A stretch of 64,000 nucleotides of DNA from a virus: IMG/VR virus record IMGVR_UViG_3300031576_000010, positions 35,909 through 99,908 of that record; one strand, written 5' to 3'. A model generated the notes under the pieces. The model worked only from the letters and a program-made list of their open reading frames with translations. It made no database searches and had not been told where the DNA came from. The translations under genes were made by a program, and so were the position numbers. How positions within the stretch are numbered: the first letter of the stretch is position 1; every line of letters starts with the position of its first letter. Positions 9,275-18,789 of the stretch are shown here, one piece after another.

Positions 9275-11350
9275 CTATTGTTGCTTCCTTCCGGATCGAA
9301 CCGCTTTGTGTCTGGTCGCGCTGATCGATAGCGCCTGCGTGCCGATCACACCCGTGACGCTTCCGCTCCGTTGAGCCGGTTGAGTAGCGGCACCCGCGGG
9401 GTCATAGCCGGGCTCGATGGTACCGCCTCGCCGAGGCCCGCCCCCCCGCAGACCAGCCGCCTTTCGAGCGCCCGCCACATCCCCGCGGATCAACTTGTTG
9501 ATCCCGGCGACATCCGTTGGGTCGCCCGCCCCCAGGCCAAAACCGGCCGGTTGGTCGAGCCTACGACCCGTCGCGATGTCCTCGATCTGGCCGGCCGCCG
9601 GGGGATCCTCTTCGCCGATCCCCTCCAGCGCCTTCTTGAGCGGCTGGAGCCCCTCCACGCTGCCCAGGAGATTCTCGCCAGCTCCACCGATGTCCTTCAA
9701 GCCCGCCCACGCCCTGCCGAGTGCGTCGGGAAATATCTTGGCCGTCTCCTTCATCGCCTCGCTGTAGGCCGCCGCCGTCTTGTCCTCGCCCTTGAGTACC
9801 GCGATGGTGTAGCGGACCCCGAGGACCAGCTCGGCCAACCCGGCCATCACGATGTCGAACAGAGCGGTCCCGACCTTGCGGACGCCTTCGAGCGATTGCC
9901 GCATGAACTTTTGGAACTCCTCGGTCTTCTGCGCTTCCGTCTTGAATGCGCCGGCCAGCGCCTTCTTCTCCTCCTTGGAGAGTTGTTCGACCGTCAAGCC
10001 ACCCGCCAGTTTGTCGCCGATGTCCATGATGGCCTTCGCGCCCTTGAACCCCATCCGCCCTTCTAGCCACGCGCGAGCGGACTGCGGGTCGCCCCGCGAC
10101 ATTTCCAGCGCCATGCTGCGCAACTCCGTGATGCTGCCGGCCAGCACTTGCGGGTCAGGTCCACCCTCACGGGTGAGCTGGTTGAGCAAGTGGGACCGCG
10201 CCTCCAGCCCTTTGCCCATCCCGAGCCGCTCGGCCAGCATGACCTGCTCGCCCATCCCGAAGGAACCAAGACCCCCAAGGATCTGCTGGGTCGCTTGCAA
10301 CGCCTCGGCACCAGCGAAGTGCTTCTTGACACCAATCGCCTCGTACTGAGCGGTAAGCTGTTGGGTGAGGCCGATCACCTCCTTGGTGTTGATGCCCATG
10401 TGGCGGACACCACCGGTCGCTTGCGCGATCGCGTTCGTGAACGTGGCGAGTCCAACGCCCGACTTCGCGCCAGCGAAATTCAGCTCGACGACCGCCTCGG
10501 CCGCTTCCTTGGTGGAATAGCCGTACTTCGTCATGAACTCGCCCGCTTGCCTGGCGGCCGTTCCGCCAGCCAGCTCGAAGTGACGTTCGAGCCCAAGCGT
10601 GAGCCCGTAGAGCGTCTGCATCTGGGTGCCGTACGCCTTCGTGACCCTAGAGCCCGCCTCGCCCGCCGAGATGCCGGCGTCGCCGTACGCCTTCGCGACC
10701 GCCTCCAGCTCTCCGCGCGTCGCGCCAAACTGGATCTCCAACTCCTTCGCGACACCCGCCAGCTTGCCGGCCGCCATGCGATCGGCCTTCTCGGCCTTCG
10801 CGCTGTACGTCCTGGTCGACTCCTCGAAAATCTGGACGAACCGGTTGGCCTCCGCCTCGTACTTCTGGGTCTCCGCAACCCCCCAGAGCATGAGGCCCAG
10901 GATGCCCCCCACCCCCATGGCACCTGGGGTCAGCATGGAGAACAGGTTGCCCGAGACCTTCCGGATGTCCTCCGCGATAGCGTCGGGCGTGATGCGGATC
11001 TTGCTGACCGCGCCCGACAGCATCCCCCGGATCTTCCGGAGCCACTTGGACCGTTGGCCCTTCTGGCCCTTGCCCTTGTCGACGTCGGTCGACTTCTGGT
11101 GGACCTCCTGCCAGTCCTTGACGATGTCGTCGATCTCACGACGGCACCGTTCGGTGTACTGGCGGATGTCCTGGATGGGGCCGAGCCCTACCTCGGCGAG
11201 CAGGCGGTCGACCTCGATCTTCTGATCGGCGCCGGTCCCCAGCGACTCGGCCGCCTGGACCATCCGCTGTTGCGCTTGCGCGTACTCGGTGACCGCCTCT
11301 TCGGTGCCCGAGATTTTGACCTTGGCTTCAAGCAGCTCGGACATCGTCAT
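9275..11350 (-). CDS. Tape-measure-like protein B
   Basis: Helical, Ala/Gly/Lys-rich; colinear paralog of 11347..14250. Confidence 0.7.
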   Translation of the reverse strand: MTMSELLEAKVKISGTEEAVTEYAQAQQRMVQAAESLGTGADQKIEVDRLLAEVGLGPIQDIRQYTERCRREIDDIVKDWQEVHQKSTDVDKGKGQKGQRSKWLRKIRGMLSGAVSKIRITPDAIAEDIRKVSGNLFSMLTPGAMGVGGILGLMLWGVAETQKYEAEANRFVQIFEESTRTYSAKAEKADRMAAGKLAGVAKELEIQFGATRGELEAVAKAYGDAGISAGEAGSRVTKAYGTQMQTLYGLTLGLERHFELAGGTAARQAGEFMTKYGYSTKEAAEAVVELNFAGAKSGVGLATFTNAIAQATGGVRHMGINTKEVIGLTQQLTAQYEAIGVKKHFAGAEALQATQQILGGLGSFGMGEQVMLAERLGMGKGLEARSHLLNQLTREGGPDPQVLAGSITELRSMALEMSRGDPQSARAWLEGRMGFKGAKAIMDIGDKLAGGLTVEQLSKEEKKALAGAFKTEAQKTEEFQKFMRQSLEGVRKVGTALFDIVMAGLAELVLGVRYTIAVLKGEDKTAAAYSEAMKETAKIFPDALGRAWAGLKDIGGAGENLLGSVEGLQPLKKALEGIGEEDPPAAGQIEDIATGRRLDQPAGFGLGAGDPTDVAGINKLIRGDVAGARKAAGLRGGGPRRGGTIEPGYDPAGAATQPAQRSGSVTGVIGTQALSISATRHKAVRSGRKQQ

Positions 11351-14250
11351 CCTCTCTTACGGAGAGCAGCGATATACGGGTAGGGATCGATCGCACCGAC
11401 CCTCCGCTCCCTCGGATCCGAGGACTTTTTGACGCCCGGATCGACGATCCTGTAGTGAAGATGCGGCGCCCCCTTGTGGAAGGGGGCGCCCGGGGTCGAT
11501 GGAGGGCTAAACGACTGCTCCATCAGCTCCCCAACCGGATCGCCCGCCTCTATCTTTTCTCCCCTCTTGATCAGCAACGGGTGTTTCAGGTGGGCGAGGT
11601 AGTGGTCCAGTCCGGTGACTGGGTCGTGGATGGTGGTGCTCGCCTGACCTTTGTGTGAAGGTCGCGCCACTTTCACGATCCCGGTAACGGGCGAGAACAC
11701 TGGAGTGCCGCCCGCCGCCCCGATGTCGGACGCGGCGTGGAACGCGCCGATGCTGCCGACCGCCTTCGCGAACGCGTGACCGAACGAACCCGGTAGGAGC
11801 GCGCCTTTGCCGCGCAGGGGGTCCGCTTGGACGACCTTGTCGCCGTGGGGTCCACTGTAGACACCAGAGACATCATCCTCCGCATGGCTGTGGTCGTGCC
11901 CTTCCTCGGCGGCTGAATCGGCGTGGGCGGCGTGTGCGGTAGGGGGCGCCACACTGGTGAGGGCACCGCGCGACTTCTCGGCGCCCGCCCTCACCGCCAC
12001 TCGACGCATCTTGTCGCTCTCGATCGTCACGAAATGGATGGTGACGGGGAGGTTCTCGCCGCGGACCGTCCCGAATTCGACGCCGGTGATCGCGATGTCG
12101 CCCGCGCCAAGATCGGTGCCAGCGAACGTGCTCTGCACCCCGGGCGCCGACTCCGCCGCCTCCGACAGGATGTCCTGGACCGCCTCGAAGTCCCCTCCCC
12201 GCTGCGCCGCGGAGAGAGCGAGCTGTTGCTCGACCCCGAGGGTAGCGGTAGCGCCCACCCCCGCCATTCCCCCTTGTTGTCGCGACACCCCACGGATCAT
12301 CTCACCGCTGGTCCTCATCGCTGCGGTGATCGCCTCCTTGGACCCGGCGCTGAACGTCAGCGCGGCCATCCGCTTGACTGCCTCGGGTGTCGTGACCGCC
12401 CCCATGAACGCATCCATCCCGGCGGACGACGGTAGCAAATCCTTCCCGTGTTTTCCCAGATCGGTGAACCCTTTACCGATGTCCTTGAGGATCTTCTCGT
12501 TGGCCGTCTCCGCCTCCCAGAACGTGTCTTCCAACCGGCCCATCTGCCTCTTCTCCGACTCGGTCAAGTTGGAGAAGCCGGGGATCGCCGAGAGCTTGTC
12601 CTTGAGGGCGAGGGGGATGTAGCGGAACCCGATGACCAGCTCGGCGAGCCCGACGGCGATCAAGTTGAACAGGCCGAGTCCGATGACCGCGATGTCGCGC
12701 GAGATGTCCTTGAAGGACGTCTCGAAGTCGGTGTGGGTGGCGCGCTCCTTCTTGAACGCCTCGTTGAACGCCTTCTCGGCGTCGACCCGCTCCTTCTTGG
12801 TCGCGTTGGTGTTGTGGAGCGTATCGACCGCCTGGATCATGATGAGGGCGGATTGTGGACCGAGCTGCGGCATCACCCGTTCGAGCGCGACGCCGATCTC
12901 CTCGCGGGACAACTTCCGGCCCCCACGGAACAGGTCGACAGTCGCGCGCGCCATCTTAAGCGCGACGCCCGGCCCCTTACTCGGGTCCATGTAGGCGTCG
13001 CGGAGCGCGTAGTAGGCGCCCAGGTCTGTCCCGAGCCCCATCTTATCGGCGACCGCCATCTGCATCCCCTTCGACATGCCCGCAAGCCCGGCGGCGATCT
13101 GGCCGGTCGCCATCACGGCGGTCGTGGCGGCGAAATGGGGCTCCAGCCCCTTCTCCTCCAGCATCTTCTGGAGCCCGTACACCATGTTGAGGCCGTCCTG
13201 CACGGTCGCGCCGTACTGGCGCATCTGGCCGGTCGCCGACATCACATCGCTCATGAAGTTCTGGATCCCGATGCCCGAGTCGCGGCCGGCCAGCGCGAAC
13301 GTCCCGACCAGCTCGGTCGCCTCCCTGGCGGTAATGTTGTACTGCTGCATCAATTGACCCGCCGTCCTGGCGGCCGTGCCCTCCGGTAGTCGGAGCGTTT
13401 GATCGATCGCGGCGGTCGCGATCGCAACGCTCGCGCGAGCGCCATCTACCCGGATGGACGTCTTGGCCGTCGCCTCCTCGATCGTGACACCAGCGTCCGT
13501 GAGCGAGCGGGTGACCGCCATCGCCTCCCCTTTGGACATCCTGAACGTGTCGACCAGGTTGGCGAACTGGCTGCCCAGCGTTGCCATGTGCTGCTTGGCA
13601 ACCGCGTAGCCTTTCGCATCACCTGTCGCGATCGTCTTCTCCCAGAGCTGGGAGTACCGCTCGCCCTCCGCCCGGAGCTTGTCTTCGTAGGAGAGGCCGT
13701 AGAGCAAGAGGCCGACAACGCCCCCCACCCCCATGGTCGTGATGGTGGAGCCGACCATTCGACCGGCGGCCCCGAGCGCCTGGATCGACTGTTTGCCGAC
13801 GTTGAAGAAGTCGCCCACCTTCTTGGCGATCGAACCCCGCTTCTTCGCGCCGGTCCTGGCGCCCTCCTCGTCCTCTTCGTCGTCTTCTCCGCCCCCATCA
13901 TCCTCTCCATCCTCTTCGAGGACGGCGGCCCGGAGCGTGTCGATCGCCGTGACCAACTGCTTGTACTCGGTGAAAACGCGGGCGAACGCCTGCGATTGCA
14001 CCTCCGACTCCTCGCCCGTCTTCTTCGCGATCCCAGCCGCCTCAGAAAACTCGGCGGCCGCCTCTCTCGCCTCCTCGCCCAACCGTTTGGCCGCCGCGAT
14101 CTCCGCGTCCGACACGACCGCCTTGTTCCGCTTGATCTCCTCGATCAGCTCCTTGTACTTGTCGACAACGTCGCCGAGACCGACGTGCTGAACGATGAGG
14201 TCGAGGTCGGCGCCGCCCCCTCCAACCGATCCTGTTTCGGGGGGCGGCAT
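11347..14250 (-). CDS. Tape-measure-like protein A with C-terminal M23 peptidase
   Basis: Follows the chaperones; M23 motifs HAASDIG, YLAHL, PHLHY, IDP. Confidence 0.8.
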   Translation of the reverse strand: MPPPETGSVGGGGADLDLIVQHVGLGDVVDKYKELIEEIKRNKAVVSDAEIAAAKRLGEEAREAAAEFSEAAGIAKKTGEESEVQSQAFARVFTEYKQLVTAIDTLRAAVLEEDGEDDGGGEDDEEDEEGARTGAKKRGSIAKKVGDFFNVGKQSIQALGAAGRMVGSTITTMGVGGVVGLLLYGLSYEDKLRAEGERYSQLWEKTIATGDAKGYAVAKQHMATLGSQFANLVDTFRMSKGEAMAVTRSLTDAGVTIEEATAKTSIRVDGARASVAIATAAIDQTLRLPEGTAARTAGQLMQQYNITAREATELVGTFALAGRDSGIGIQNFMSDVMSATGQMRQYGATVQDGLNMVYGLQKMLEEKGLEPHFAATTAVMATGQIAAGLAGMSKGMQMAVADKMGLGTDLGAYYALRDAYMDPSKGPGVALKMARATVDLFRGGRKLSREEIGVALERVMPQLGPQSALIMIQAVDTLHNTNATKKERVDAEKAFNEAFKKERATHTDFETSFKDISRDIAVIGLGLFNLIAVGLAELVIGFRYIPLALKDKLSAIPGFSNLTESEKRQMGRLEDTFWEAETANEKILKDIGKGFTDLGKHGKDLLPSSAGMDAFMGAVTTPEAVKRMAALTFSAGSKEAITAAMRTSGEMIRGVSRQQGGMAGVGATATLGVEQQLALSAAQRGGDFEAVQDILSEAAESAPGVQSTFAGTDLGAGDIAITGVEFGTVRGENLPVTIHFVTIESDKMRRVAVRAGAEKSRGALTSVAPPTAHAAHADSAAEEGHDHSHAEDDVSGVYSGPHGDKVVQADPLRGKGALLPGSFGHAFAKAVGSIGAFHAASDIGAAGGTPVFSPVTGIVKVARPSHKGQASTTIHDPVTGLDHYLAHLKHPLLIKRGEKIEAGDPVGELMEQSFSPPSTPGAPFHKGAPHLHYRIVDPGVKKSSDPRERRVGAIDPYPYIAALRKRG

Positions 14251-14256
14251 GACGGT

Positions 14257-14751
14257 TTAGTCGTCGAGCACGAAGCTGCTGCGACGCGCGCGGGCGCGCT
14301 GGCCTGGAACGTCCTGCTCGGGAGGAGCTGGGGGATGAACGCCGTCGACCACATGAACGCCCGCGACCGCCAGTACCTGGCGGCGCTCCACCTCGCTCAT
14401 CCGCGAAATATCGATCGGCCTGTCGAGGATCTCCATGCCCGTGTCAGTCGACAGCGGCCCAGGCGGAACATCGTCGACCTCCTCGATGACCGGGGCCTCG
14501 ACCTCATCTTTGCCAAGCGCGTCGATCGACTTGGCCAGGTAGTCGAGGAACGCGGGCCTCGCGATAGCGGGAAGGATCGGCTGAACCTCCGCGAACGTCT
14601 CGGGCATCCGGATCTTGCCGGTCACAGGGTCGTGGATGGGGATGAGGTGGGCGCCCAGCACACGACCAAACGACGCCTGTAGGAGGTCGGCGTGTTGCTT
14701 CTCGTGCCGCTGGATACCGGTGTACAAAAACGCCCACCTCGTCGGGTTCAT
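14257..14751 (-). CDS. Tail assembly chaperone, downstream (T-like) part, probably expressed by -1 frameshift
   Basis: This frame stays open upstream to the CCTAAAA site at 14883-14889. Confidence 0.65.
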   Translation of the reverse strand: MNPTRWAFLYTGIQRHEKQHADLLQASFGRVLGAHLIPIHDPVTGKIRMPETFAEVQPILPAIARPAFLDYLAKSIDALGKDEVEAPVIEEVDDVPPGPLSTDTGMEILDRPIDISRMSEVERRQVLAVAGVHVVDGVHPPAPPEQDVPGQRARARRSSFVLDD

Positions 14752-15353
14752 GTCGCGAAGCTGCTGCCATGGATCGCCGGCATTTCCTCCAGCCCCGTTT
14801 CCTCCTCCCCCGCCGAAGAGAGACCATCCTCGACAGATGACGTACTGCTGGATGTCGAGGAGTCGGTCTCCCTCGATGATGCTTTTAGGCGGGTGATCAC
14901 CTCCGCGCGCCGCTCCTCCAGCTTGCCGTAGAACTGGAAAAACTCGGTGATGATGGCGTCGTCGAACTGTTGCAGGTACTCGTAGAACCGCTCGCGGAAG
15001 TAGCTCTTCATCTCGTCAGGATCATTCCGGATGAGGCCGAGAAGCTGCTCGTCCTGCGGGAGGGGGAACAGCGCGGAGATGGGGGTTTCGTTGACGTGGC
15101 TGGTGGCGGCCGCGACCGTCGCGCTCTTGCGCGACGACAGAAGCGCCATGTTGGACGCCATCGAGACGTACTGGTCGCGCCAGAGCGCCTCCCCATCCGA
15201 CAGGGTGTGGAGGCGGAACCGCCGATCCGCGAACTCGAACGTGTCCTCGATACGACCCTTGAGCAGGTCGGCCTTGAGGTCGAGCAAGATGGGCGACAAG
15301 GGTGGAGGTGCGGGGGGCGCGCTAGGCGCCTTCTTCTTCTTACTTTCGGCCAT
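14748..15353 (-). CDS. Tail assembly chaperone (G-like)
   Basis: Between tube and tape measure; GGAGG RBS before MAESKKK. Confidence 0.75.
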   Translation of the reverse strand: MAESKKKKAPSAPPAPPPLSPILLDLKADLLKGRIEDTFEFADRRFRLHTLSDGEALWRDQYVSMASNMALLSSRKSATVAAATSHVNETPISALFPLPQDEQLLGLIRNDPDEMKSYFRERFYEYLQQFDDAIITEFFQFYGKLEERRAEVITRLKASSRETDSSTSSSTSSVEDGLSSAGEEETGLEEMPAIHGSSFAT

Positions 15354-15371
15354 TGGTGGCCCTCCTGTTCG

Positions 15372-15392
15372 CCCTCCGGGACAGCCGGAGGG
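15372..15392. other. 8-bp stem hairpin between tube and chaperone genes
   Basis: CCCTCCGG-GACAG-CCGGAGGG; no U-tract. Confidence 0.4.
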
Positions 15393-15440
15393 GTATGGGG
15401 TGGATGGGGCGGCATGGTAGCGCCGACCCACCCGCCCGAG

Positions 15441-15893
15441 CTACTGCAACCGGACCTTCCGGACGTACACGAGGGTGCCCTGCGTCTGGACCAGGCGATC
15501 GCCACCGGCCGTGTAGGTCCGGCCCAGGCTGCTGAACCAGCAGCCGATGTAGCTGCGCCCCTCGGTCGAGTTGTTGGGGAACCGCCAGGTCTCCCGCACC
15601 TCGAACGGGTTGGCCTGGTCGCCCAGCATCTCGAAGTCGGGCGTGCCGAACGCCTGCTCCATCCTGCAGGTGAACAGGTCGTACCGACCGACCGAGATGG
15701 AAAGGCCGCCCACGTTGCCCGGCACCGTCTCGATCGGCTCGCCGGACGTCGCCTGGTTGATCTCGTACACGTGCGAGACCTGCCGGGTCATGTTGACGCC
15801 CCAGCTCTGGATCGAGCCGACCGTGAGGCCGGACGCCCGGATCGTCATCGCGTGGGACGTCCGATGGACTGTGTTGGGAGGGTTGACAGGCAT
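15441..15893 (-). CDS. Tail tube protein
   Basis: 150 aa directly after the sheath; VGSIQSW...YEI...E.VPGN...YIGCWF. Confidence 0.85.
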   Translation of the reverse strand: MPVNPPNTVHRTSHAMTIRASGLTVGSIQSWGVNMTRQVSHVYEINQATSGEPIETVPGNVGGLSISVGRYDLFTCRMEQAFGTPDFEMLGDQANPFEVRETWRFPNNSTEGRSYIGCWFSSLGRTYTAGGDRLVQTQGTLVYVRKVRLQ

Positions 15894-15904
15894 GTTTCGT
15901 CTCC

Positions 15905-18700
15905 TTACGCCGTCGCGGCGCTCTCACCCACGCTGAAGAACGGCGAGTCCACCGAGAACTCACCGAAGATCCTCTTGGCCGGGTACCGAAGGTTGAAGAA
16001 GAACTTGAAGTCGAACCTGGTCGGATCCGTGCTCGACTGGAACACCTGGATGTCGGACGCGAGGTTGATGTCCCTCGACCTGCCGTTCTCGTCGCGGAAC
16101 GGACCGATCGCCCCCGACGCGATCAGGGAAGAGAGTGTGACGGCCACGACCGTCTTGATGTCGAAGATGAAGTCGGTCAGGTCTTCCGGCACGATGCCGA
16201 TCAGGTTGGAGTCGACCGCCTGCGAGACGGTCCGGACCGCGTTGTCCTTCTGGGCGCCCGCCGAAATCTCGGCGAACGAGATGAGACCACCGCCTCCCGG
16301 TTCCGTGGTGATGGGGTCGAGCATGAGGAGGCGGCCGGCATCGTTCGTGACGACCAGGACGCCCGCGGGCGCGAGCAAGTGGCGCTCGGCATCCAGGTAC
16401 GTCTGGAACGTGTCGAGGTCGAACCCGGTGATCGTCTTGCGCAACAGTGAGGTCGCGACCGACACGAAGCTGGTGTGACGGGCCGCCACCGCGACCGCCA
16501 GGTAGGTGGAGTTCAGCTCGACGACCGGCTGTGATCCGTCCGGCAGCGTCAGGGTCTTGTCGATGTTGGGCGGGGCGCACAGGATGAACCGGCCGCGCCC
16601 GGGGCTGTCGGCCGCCACCTGGAAGGTCCGCTTGGCCGCGTAGATGAACGTGTGGGCCGTGTCGATGTCGCCGATGTCCGTGTCCCTGAGCATCCCGAAC
16701 CAGCCCCGCCGGAACTTCTTCTCGGTGATGGACGACTTGTTCGTCACGTGGTTCACGAGGGTCGACTGGATCGAGAGCAACTGGGTCGCCGAGAGGGTCT
16801 GGGGCAGGGGCGTCACGATCGCCACTTCCGTGATGGCGAAGTTGTCGAGCCCGTTGTTGATCGCGTTCTGGAAGTCGGCGACCGAGTAGACGTCGTCGTC
16901 GTTCGAGTCCTCGACCTGCACGACGAAGATGCTGGGCGCGTCGTTCTCGAACGCGATCTGCCCCGCAACCGCGAGCGCGTTGTCGGTCGCGGAATCGCCC
17001 ACCTGACCGAACACCTGGTCCTGGTTGAACACGCGGAGCGGCACGTTGTAGTCGGTGGAGGGGCGGACGTAATCGTACGAGACGAAGTAGACCGACCCGG
17101 TCTCCGGCCGGGTGCCCGTCCCCTCGATCGTGAAGGGGAGCTGGGCGGTCGTGAGGCCCAGCACGTTGAGATGCGCGCTGGCCGTCTGGGCCTGCTGGAT
17201 CCGGACCTTGGAGGTCTCGCCCTGGGTGGACGACAGGAGGCGGAGCCGGTCGGTCCCGTCGTTCTGCGCGACCGTCGAGAACGCGGATCCGTACTGGCTG
17301 TGGTCCGTAAGGCGCGCGTTGATGTCGACGATGATGGCGGCGATCGTGATGGCGGCGCCGACGTCCAGCCGACACTCGACCGACCCGTCGCCGAGCTGCC
17401 GGAGCGGCACCTGCGTGTCGTCCAGCTCGAAGATGGTGGTGTGGGCGTCGGACACGCCCTGGTCGAGGATCTGGACCGAGCTGCCCGCCCCGGTCGTCGG
17501 GCTGGTGAGCCGGACGCGCGTGACACCCACGACCGACGCGACCGTCCCGTAGGTTGCGCCGTAGCTGGCGGACGCCAGGAGCGCCGCATTGATCTCCCCG
17601 ACGATCGTGGCGGCCGTGACGGCCGCGCCGATCGTCAAGGTGATGTCGATGTTGCCGCGACCGTCGATGTTGAGCCGGAGGATGTTGTTGCCCGCCAGCG
17701 TGCTGTACGGACCGGCCAGCAGGGTGGTCCACTCGGCCGCGATGGCGCCGTCGACCAGGTCGTCGATCGCGATCTCCAGGACGGACGCGGTCAAGGTCGA
17801 GACGGTCGTGATGACCGGGGTGCCGACCAGCTCGGCGGCCTGATCGATCGACCAGTCGATCACGTCGCCCGCCACGATGAACGGGAACGCAGACAGACCG
17901 AAGATGGCGGCCGCCGAATTGGTCACGCCCGAGTTGATGCGGATCTGCGAGACGGGCCCCTGGGTCGGGCTGGTGAGCCGGACCTGGTCGTTGTTGTACA
18001 CCTCCGCGACCGACCCGTAGGCCGCCCCGTAGGTGCCGCTGGCGATCAGCGCCGTGTTGATGTCGGACACGACCTCCGCGGCGGTCGTGAGGGCCGGGCT
18101 CGCGCCCGCCGTCGTGATGATGATCTGGGCCCTGCCGTCGATCTGGAGGTAGAGCAGGTTGTTGACCGACAGATCGAACGTGTCGTTGATGTGCGAGTTG
18201 ACCCGCGCGCGATCGTCGAGCTGGTAGTCGATGTTCTCGTCGAACGTGGTGACGCCAGCGAACGAGCCGACCCGAACGGCCAACCTGACATCGTCGTTCG
18301 CGAGGTCGTCCCGGTCGGTCGCGATCGCCACGTAGTCGATCGTGTAGGTCGCGCCCGCCACGTACCCGTTGTCGCTGATGCGCACGACCGTCGCGCTGTC
18401 GAACGACCAGAGCGCGACGTTCAGCGGGACCCCGTTGACGAACAGGGTCGAGTCGTTCTGGAGCCCGGTGGATGTGTTGGCGAGCGTGGCGGTGTGGGCG
18501 CCGGGTGTCGCCGACACCGTCAGCGCCTCCCCGTTGATGCCTCCCCGCCTGACCGCCTCGTTGGTCGCGCGCTTGAGCTTGTCGCCAGGCCCGACGAGCG
18601 CGAGCGTCTGGGGGACCGACGCGATCGACAGGGCGTTGGGGACGACGACCTCTTGGATGAGGACGCCTGGATCCGTGTAGGTGGTGACTTGAACGGCCAT
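15905..18700 (-). CDS. Tail sheath protein with three inserted repeat domains
   Basis: YTDPGVLIQE N-terminus; C-terminal DPTRFDFKFFFNLRYPAKRI; upstream of the tube. Confidence 0.9.
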   Translation of the reverse strand: MAVQVTTYTDPGVLIQEVVVPNALSIASVPQTLALVGPGDKLKRATNEAVRRGGINGEALTVSATPGAHTATLANTSTGLQNDSTLFVNGVPLNVALWSFDSATVVRISDNGYVAGATYTIDYVAIATDRDDLANDDVRLAVRVGSFAGVTTFDENIDYQLDDRARVNSHINDTFDLSVNNLLYLQIDGRAQIIITTAGASPALTTAAEVVSDINTALIASGTYGAAYGSVAEVYNNDQVRLTSPTQGPVSQIRINSGVTNSAAAIFGLSAFPFIVAGDVIDWSIDQAAELVGTPVITTVSTLTASVLEIAIDDLVDGAIAAEWTTLLAGPYSTLAGNNILRLNIDGRGNIDITLTIGAAVTAATIVGEINAALLASASYGATYGTVASVVGVTRVRLTSPTTGAGSSVQILDQGVSDAHTTIFELDDTQVPLRQLGDGSVECRLDVGAAITIAAIIVDINARLTDHSQYGSAFSTVAQNDGTDRLRLLSSTQGETSKVRIQQAQTASAHLNVLGLTTAQLPFTIEGTGTRPETGSVYFVSYDYVRPSTDYNVPLRVFNQDQVFGQVGDSATDNALAVAGQIAFENDAPSIFVVQVEDSNDDDVYSVADFQNAINNGLDNFAITEVAIVTPLPQTLSATQLLSIQSTLVNHVTNKSSITEKKFRRGWFGMLRDTDIGDIDTAHTFIYAAKRTFQVAADSPGRGRFILCAPPNIDKTLTLPDGSQPVVELNSTYLAVAVAARHTSFVSVATSLLRKTITGFDLDTFQTYLDAERHLLAPAGVLVVTNDAGRLLMLDPITTEPGGGGLISFAEISAGAQKDNAVRTVSQAVDSNLIGIVPEDLTDFIFDIKTVVAVTLSSLIASGAIGPFRDENGRSRDINLASDIQVFQSSTDPTRFDFKFFFNLRYPAKRIFGEFSVDSPFFSVGESAATA

Positions 18701-18789
18701 CTTTCAATCCTCGGAGATGCAGCGGTTGAAGCCCGCGCCAGGCGGACTCATCGTGGGCTCATCCTGGACACCCAGTAGTCGACAACCCA

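Noticed and set aside
2005-18700. Tailocin or extracellular contractile injection system
   Set aside because: Capsid, prohead protease and neck genes are present, so this is a phage
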